From Candidatus Latescibacterota bacterium (GTDB taxonomy: Bacteria > Latescibacterota > UBA2968 > UBA8231), in the NCBI GenBank assembly GCA_965204725.1, contig OZ242005.1:3232001-3296000 (forward strand): DNA of 64,000 bases, in the 5' to 3' direction. Position 1 is the first letter of the stretch; each line of letters opens with the position of its first letter. A program made the translations under genes and the position numbers. Below, piece by piece: positions 59,107 through 64,000 of this stretch. The notes under the pieces were generated by a model, which searched no databases, was not told the origin of the DNA, and saw only the letters and a list, made by a program, of their open reading frames with translations.

Positions 59107-59973
59107 ATGTGCGCCTTTGATTTGCGAGAAAACGCCCTCGGCGTCGAAATCCACGCGGGCAACAAGCTGCTCGCCCTGTACCGCGCCACGGAGGAGCTGC
59201 CCCGCAGCGAATCCCCCAAGCCCTGCTTCGCGCCCCTGTACACGCTTTCCGGCCAACTCATAACCGAGTACCGCCCACCCGACCACGCTTGGCACACCGG
59301 GCTGTATTTTGGCTGGGTCCACGTGAACGACGCGAACTTGTGGGGCGGGCCTTGGTACTTGCCAGAAAAAAAGAAATACGAATACGTCGCTGACAGCCAC
59401 GGCGTACAGCGGCACGATCGCTTCACGGCCTGGGGCGCGGCCTCCGCGACCGAGTCGCTTTCTTGGCTCGACGGCCGCGACCAGCTCATGGCGTTGGAGT
59501 CGCGCTCTTTTGGCTTTTACCACACTGCGGGCGGCTACTGCTTGCGGATATCCACGCGCATTGAGCCGGCTGGCGACCGGCTGGTCATGGGGGCCTCGCG
59601 GGCGGCGCGCTACTCGGGGTTGGAATTGCGCATGGGGCCTTCCTTTGCCGAGGCCGACCACTATTGCAGCGAGGGACGCCGCGGCCACGCAGACATCATG
59701 GGGCAGCGCGCCCGTTGGGTCGGGGCGCGCGGGAAACAGGGCGGCTTTGTCGCGCTCATGGACCACCCGACCAACCCGCGCCACCCGGTCACTTGGTTTA
59801 CCCGCGCAAACTTGCTGGGCGCGGGCCTGCTGATGGAGGGCGACTTAGAGCTAACAGCCGGCGAGTGCTTGGAACTACACTACGCGTTCTTCGTCCTAGA
59901 CCAAGCCCCCAGCCTCGCACACCTAGAAGCCCTGTACGCAGACTTTGCTGCTTCCTCTGGAGAATTGCCATGA
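59107..59973 (+). CDS. PmoA-like / DUF6807 family protein
   Basis: KP...PL.T.SG..IT...P.DH.WH.GL, YSGL..R and DHP.NPRHP..WF.R. Confidence 0.75.
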   Translation: MCAFDLRENALGVEIHAGNKLLALYRATEELPRSESPKPCFAPLYTLSGQLITEYRPPDHAWHTGLYFGWVHVNDANLWGGPWYLPEKKKYEYVADSHGVQRHDRFTAWGAASATESLSWLDGRDQLMALESRSFGFYHTAGGYCLRISTRIEPAGDRLVMGASRAARYSGLELRMGPSFAEADHYCSEGRRGHADIMGQRARWVGARGKQGGFVALMDHPTNPRHPVTWFTRANLLGAGLLMEGDLELTAGECLELHYAFFVLDQAPSLAHLEALYADFAASSGELP

Positions 59974-61394
59974 GGCCGTCGTGCCTCCCGGTGCTGTTGT
60001 TGCTCGCCTGCGCTTCCGCGCCCCAAGTCGAATACCCAGCCCTCAACTTGGCCCAGCCGGACCAATGGCTGGGGCTGGCTGGGGCCTCAGAGGATACGGT
60101 CGCCGACCACTGGTGGCGCGATATGGGGGCTGCGCGCCTCGACAGCCTCGTGGCGTTGGCCTTAGCGCACAATTACGATCTCAAGGCCGCCGGGGCGCGT
60201 CTCGCCCAAGCTCAAGCCCAAGCCCGAGTGGCCGGTGCGCCGCTCTGGCCCCAATTCAATGCCAGCGCCAACGGCTCGCGGCGCAAACAAAACTTCGTCG
60301 GCCTACCCATTCCCGGCAGTGCCCCCGATCAAGTCTTGAGTTCTAAGAGCACGTCCTTTGGCGTCGATCTGACGGCGAGTTGGGAGGCCGACCTGTGGGG
60401 CCGCCTGCGCGCCGGGGCCCAAGCCGCGCTCGCCGACGCCGGGGCCGCGGCCGCTGACTTTCGGGCGGCCCGCCTCTCGCTGGCAGCGCAAACGGCGCGG
60501 GCCTATTTCGCCGCGGTCGAAGCGGGTCGCCAAGTCGAGCTGGCGCAGGCGACCGTTGCAAACTACCGGCTCTCCACCGAACAAATAGAGGATCGCTATG
60601 GCCGCGGCTTGCGCTCATCGCTCGATGTGCGCTTGGGCCGGTCGAGCTTGGCCACGGCCGAAGCCACTCTTGCCCAACGCCGCGGGCAAAGGGATGCTGC
60701 ACTGCGCCAGCTCGAACTGATCTTGGGCCGCTATCCCGGGGCGCGGGTTGAGGTCGGGGGCGAGCTGCCGGCCGTCAGCGGCCCGGTTCCCGCCGGCCTG
60801 CCCGCCCAACTCGTGGCCCGACGGCCCGACCTCGTGGCCGCAGAGCGTCGCCTCGCCGCGGCCGATCGCCGGTTGGCCCAAGCTCGGCGCGCCCTGTTGC
60901 CCCGCATCAGTCTCACGGCCTCCACCGGCCGCTCGTCGGGCGCGTTGAGCAGCCTGCTCAACGGCGATTTTTCGGTCTGGAGCCTCGTGGGCAATATCGC
61001 GCAGCCCCTGCTGCAAGGTGGACGCCTGCGCGCCGGCGTCGATCAGGCCGCGGCCGCGGCCGAGCACGCGCTCTTTGCCTACGCGCAAAGCGCCCTCAGG
61101 GCCTACGGCGAGGTGGAGGCCGCTCTAAACGCCGAAGGCTTGCTCGCCGACCAAGAACGAGCGCTCGCGACAGCGGCCGAAGAAGCCTTGGCCGCACGCG
61201 CCTTAGCCGAAGACCGCTACGCCCGAGGGCTGTCCGATCTCATCGCCCTGCTAGAATCTCAGCGCCGGGCCTTTGACGCCCAGAGCCGCCTGTTCGCCAT
61301 TCGCCGCCAGCGGCTCGATACGCGCATTGACTTGCACCTAGCGCTGGGCGGTGGCTTTACCCTTGCCTCTCAATACGCGGAGATTCAGCAATGA
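59970..61394 (+). CDS. RND efflux outer-membrane lipoprotein (NodT/OprM family)
   Basis: Lipobox LLAC, WW, SWEADLWG, PAGLPA.L..RRPD and L.LALGGG. Confidence 0.92.
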   Translation: MRPSCLPVLLLLACASAPQVEYPALNLAQPDQWLGLAGASEDTVADHWWRDMGAARLDSLVALALAHNYDLKAAGARLAQAQAQARVAGAPLWPQFNASANGSRRKQNFVGLPIPGSAPDQVLSSKSTSFGVDLTASWEADLWGRLRAGAQAALADAGAAAADFRAARLSLAAQTARAYFAAVEAGRQVELAQATVANYRLSTEQIEDRYGRGLRSSLDVRLGRSSLATAEATLAQRRGQRDAALRQLELILGRYPGARVEVGGELPAVSGPVPAGLPAQLVARRPDLVAAERRLAAADRRLAQARRALLPRISLTASTGRSSGALSSLLNGDFSVWSLVGNIAQPLLQGGRLRAGVDQAAAAAEHALFAYAQSALRAYGEVEAALNAEGLLADQERALATAAEEALAARALAEDRYARGLSDLIALLESQRRAFDAQSRLFAIRRQRLDTRIDLHLALGGGFTLASQYAEIQQ

Positions 61395-62626
61395 TGCGCG
61401 TCTTCAAAATGGTCTTGCCGGTCCTCATCCTCGCCCTCGGCTTTGGGGCCTTCCAACTGCTGGCCTCCATGCGCGAGCCTCCCCAGCGCGTCTCGCCTGC
61501 CTATACGGGTCCGCTCGTCGAAGCCATTGCCACTCCGCTCCAACAGGTCCAAGTCGTAGTGGAGGGGCAGGGCACGGTGCGGCCCGACGCTCAGATCGAC
61601 CTCGTGCCGCAGGTGTCGGGTATTGTGGTGTGGAAGGACGCTGATTTCAAACCCGGCGGGACTTTTGCCAAGGGGGCGTTGCTCTTTCGGCTGGACCCAC
61701 GCGACTACGAGCTCGCCGTCCAACAGGCTGTGGCCCAAGTGGCGCAGGCGCGTTACCAGCTCGACTTGGCCCGAGAAGAAGCCGCCATTGCCGCGGAGGA
61801 GTGGGAGCGGCTCCACACCGGCGACCAAGCCCCCACGGACTTGGTGCTGCACAAACCCCAACTGCGCGCGGCCGAGGCCGCCCTCCAAGGCGCGGAAGCC
61901 CGCCTCGCCGAAGCGCGGCTGCGCCTCGAGCGCACCCAAGTGCATGCTCCATTTGCCGGCCGAGTGCGCACCGCCCGCGTCGATGTCGGCCAACACCTCA
62001 ACGCCGGCCAAGCCATCGCCCAGATATACAGCATTGAAAAGGCCGAGATCGTCGTCCCGGTCCCGGACGAAGACCTCGGGTGGTTCACCCTGCCGCTGCC
62101 CATCGACATCGCGCCGGCTAGCCCTGTTGCCGAGCGCAACGCCGAGGGCCATGTCCGCGCCTTTGCCTTTGGCCGCGAGGGGGCCAGCACCGTGGTTAGC
62201 GGGGCCTTTGCCGGCCGCCGCCACCAGTGGGGAGGGCGCGTAGTGCGCACCGAAGGCGAACTCGACCCCCAAAGCCGCATGGTCCGCCTAGTGGTAGAGG
62301 TCGAAGCACCCTACGGCGGCATTGCCGACGGGATCCCGCCGCTGACGGTGGGAATGTTCGTCGATGTGGCCATCGCCGGCCGCACGGTCGATGGCGTCCG
62401 CGTCCTGCCTCGCGCTGCCCTGCGCCAAGGCGACCGCGTGTGGGCGGTGGGCCGCGACGGCGTCCTCCACATCCGCCCAGCGTGCGTGGTGCGTGCGCTC
62501 GAAGACGAAGTGCTCTCTTATATCGACCTAGCGCCCGAAGAGCGGGTCATCGTCTCGCAACTCAGCGGCGTTACCGACGGGATGCAGGTGCGGTTGGCTG
62601 CTGGAAACGCAGGAGGTCAACCGTGA
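61391..62626 (+). CDS. RND efflux membrane-fusion protein
   Basis: N-terminal anchor, PQVSG, L.RT...APF.GRV, GMFV and LPR.AL. Confidence 0.92.
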   Translation: MMRVFKMVLPVLILALGFGAFQLLASMREPPQRVSPAYTGPLVEAIATPLQQVQVVVEGQGTVRPDAQIDLVPQVSGIVVWKDADFKPGGTFAKGALLFRLDPRDYELAVQQAVAQVAQARYQLDLAREEAAIAAEEWERLHTGDQAPTDLVLHKPQLRAAEAALQGAEARLAEARLRLERTQVHAPFAGRVRTARVDVGQHLNAGQAIAQIYSIEKAEIVVPVPDEDLGWFTLPLPIDIAPASPVAERNAEGHVRAFAFGREGASTVVSGAFAGRRHQWGGRVVRTEGELDPQSRMVRLVVEVEAPYGGIADGIPPLTVGMFVDVAIAGRTVDGVRVLPRAALRQGDRVWAVGRDGVLHIRPACVVRALEDEVLSYIDLAPEERVIVSQLSGVTDGMQVRLAAGNAGGQP

Positions 62627-64000
62627 AAGCACCCGTATCTTGGATGGCGAAGAATCACGTCGCCGCCAATCTGCTGATGGGTTTCATCATGTTGAGCGGA
62701 CTGTTTTCCATGATGCAGACCAAGAAAGAGACCTTCCCCGAGATGTCGCTCGACCAAGTGCAAATCCAAGTCCCCTATCTGGGCGCGACCCCGGCCGAGG
62801 TCGAAGACGCGGTCTGCAAGCGCATTGAGGAGCGGGTGCGCGGCCTAGAGGGGGTGCGCCGCGTGCGCTCCACCGCCTCTGAGGGCATGGGCTCAGTCAG
62901 CATTGAGCTAGAGCGCGGGGCCGATATAGACAAACTCCTCGACGACATCAAAAACGAGATCGACCGCATCGACACCTTTCCCGCCGAGACCGAAGAGCCG
63001 GTCATCAAGGAACTGACTCGGCGCAATCAAGCCATTGACGTGGTTCTCTACGGAGAGGTCGAGGAGAAGGCCCTCAAAGTCGCGGCCGAACTCGTGCGCG
63101 ACGACCTGCGCAGCAGCGGCGTTATTTCGCAGGTCGAGCTCAAGGGGGTGCGCATCGATGAGATTGCCATTGAGGTTTCCGAAGAGGCGTTGCGCCGCTA
63201 CGGCCTGACCTTCGCGCAGGTCGCCGACGCCGTCCGCCGCACGAGCATTGACCTGCCCGCCGGCAGCGTCGAGAGCGAGGACGGCGCGATATTGCTCCGC
63301 ACGCAGGGGCTGATGCGCACAGGGCGCGAATACGAAGAGGTCGTCGTCCTCACCCGCCCCGACGGCACGGCCCTCAAGCTCAAAGACCTGGCCACGGTCG
63401 TCGATGGCTTTGAGGATACCGATCTCATCTCGCGCTTCAACGGCCAGCCAGCGGCCGTGGTGCAAGTCTATCGCATTGGCGACCAGAGTGACCTCGACAT
63501 CTCCGCCTATGTCCACCAGTACGTCGAGGACAAACGTTCAACCCTGCCAGCCGGGATCTACATTGACTATGCACGCGACAACGCGCGCATCCTGCGCAGC
63601 CGCATAGATTTGCTGATCCGCAACGCCCGCCTTGGGCTGGTGCTGGTCTTTATCTGTCTGAGTTTCTTCCTCGATCTGCGCTTGGCGTTCTGGGTAATGA
63701 TGGGCATTCCGATCAGCTTTTTGGGGGCCTTCGTGCTGATGGAGCCTTTCGACGCCTCGATCAACATGCTTTCGCTGTTTGCCTTTATCGTGGCCTTGGG
63801 CATTGTGGTTGATGACGCGATCATCGTCGGCGAAAACATCTTTGCCCACCGCGTCCAAGGGAAACCCTTTGGCCGCGCCGCCATTGAGGGCGCACTCGAA
63901 GTGGGCACGCCGGTCACGTTCTCGATTATGACCTCGATTGCTGCTTTTATGCCGCTGTTTTTCGTCGAGGGCCTGATGGGCAAGTTCATGTCGGTCATGC
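62623..64000 (+). CDS. AcrB/AcrD/AcrF-family RND permease; truncated by the window end
   Basis: GTG start after GGAGG. Translates NHVAANLLM..., YLGATP.EVE and LGIVVDDAIIVGEN; no stop before 64000. Absent from the supplied ORF track. Confidence 0.93.
   Translation, partial: MKAPVSWMAKNHVAANLLMGFIMLSGLFSMMQTKKETFPEMSLDQVQIQVPYLGATPAEVEDAVCKRIEERVRGLEGVRRVRSTASEGMGSVSIELERGADIDKLLDDIKNEIDRIDTFPAETEEPVIKELTRRNQAIDVVLYGEVEEKALKVAAELVRDDLRSSGVISQVELKGVRIDEIAIEVSEEALRRYGLTFAQVADAVRRTSIDLPAGSVESEDGAILLRTQGLMRTGREYEEVVVLTRPDGTALKLKDLATVVDGFEDTDLISRFNGQPAAVVQVYRIGDQSDLDISAYVHQYVEDKRSTLPAGIYIDYARDNARILRSRIDLLIRNARLGLVLVFICLSFFLDLRLAFWVMMGIPISFLGAFVLMEPFDASINMLSLFAFIVALGIVVDDAIIVGENIFAHRVQGKPFGRAAIEGALEVGTPVTFSIMTSIAAFMPLFFVEGLMGKFMSVM

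Noticed and set aside
59107-59973. PmoA label implying methane oxidation
   Set aside because: This soluble DUF6807/PmoA-like family is not the membrane particulate methane monooxygenase subunit, and no pmoB/pmoC is present.

Overview
A GC-rich (roughly 60-65% by eye), densely coding bacterial chromosome segment with a shuffled gene order. It probably comes from an FCB-group organism such as Latescibacterota or Gemmatimonadota, possibly host-associated. That is an inference from the FlgD/T9SS-type C-terminal tail, a TIGR04138 protein, and ankyrin, TPR, Rpn and AAA accessory genes. Housekeeping genes include argJ, an aspartate aminotransferase, accA, queC, queF, a divergent uvrA paralog, PBP1A, rlmN, larC, glgB, a split dppAB/dppC, UDP-glucuronate decarboxylase, a DprE1/DprE2-like pair, tRNA-Gly(GCC) and an RND efflux operon cut by the window end. 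Accessory material includes three AAA-ATPase/PD-(D/E)XK genes, an Rpn-like gene with a sigma54-type promoter, a 5'-truncated Ig-repeat surface protein, an AT-richer ankyrin gene next to the tRNA, and decayed Doc, VapC and Uma2 remnants. The most notable signals are: (i) a 66-bp near-perfect palindrome that contains the promoter of one AAA_14/DUF4143 gene, with a second palindrome before its paralog; (ii) a TolC / MlaC-DUF3047 fusion / MlaC / MMPL putative lipid-export operon; (iii) a candidate ~75-nt sRNA or attenuator before ytfI-ytfJ; and (iv) an apparent window-wide depletion of CCWGG. I saw no CRISPR array, rRNA, integrase or intact IS element. All family assignments are from motif recognition; no database search was run.
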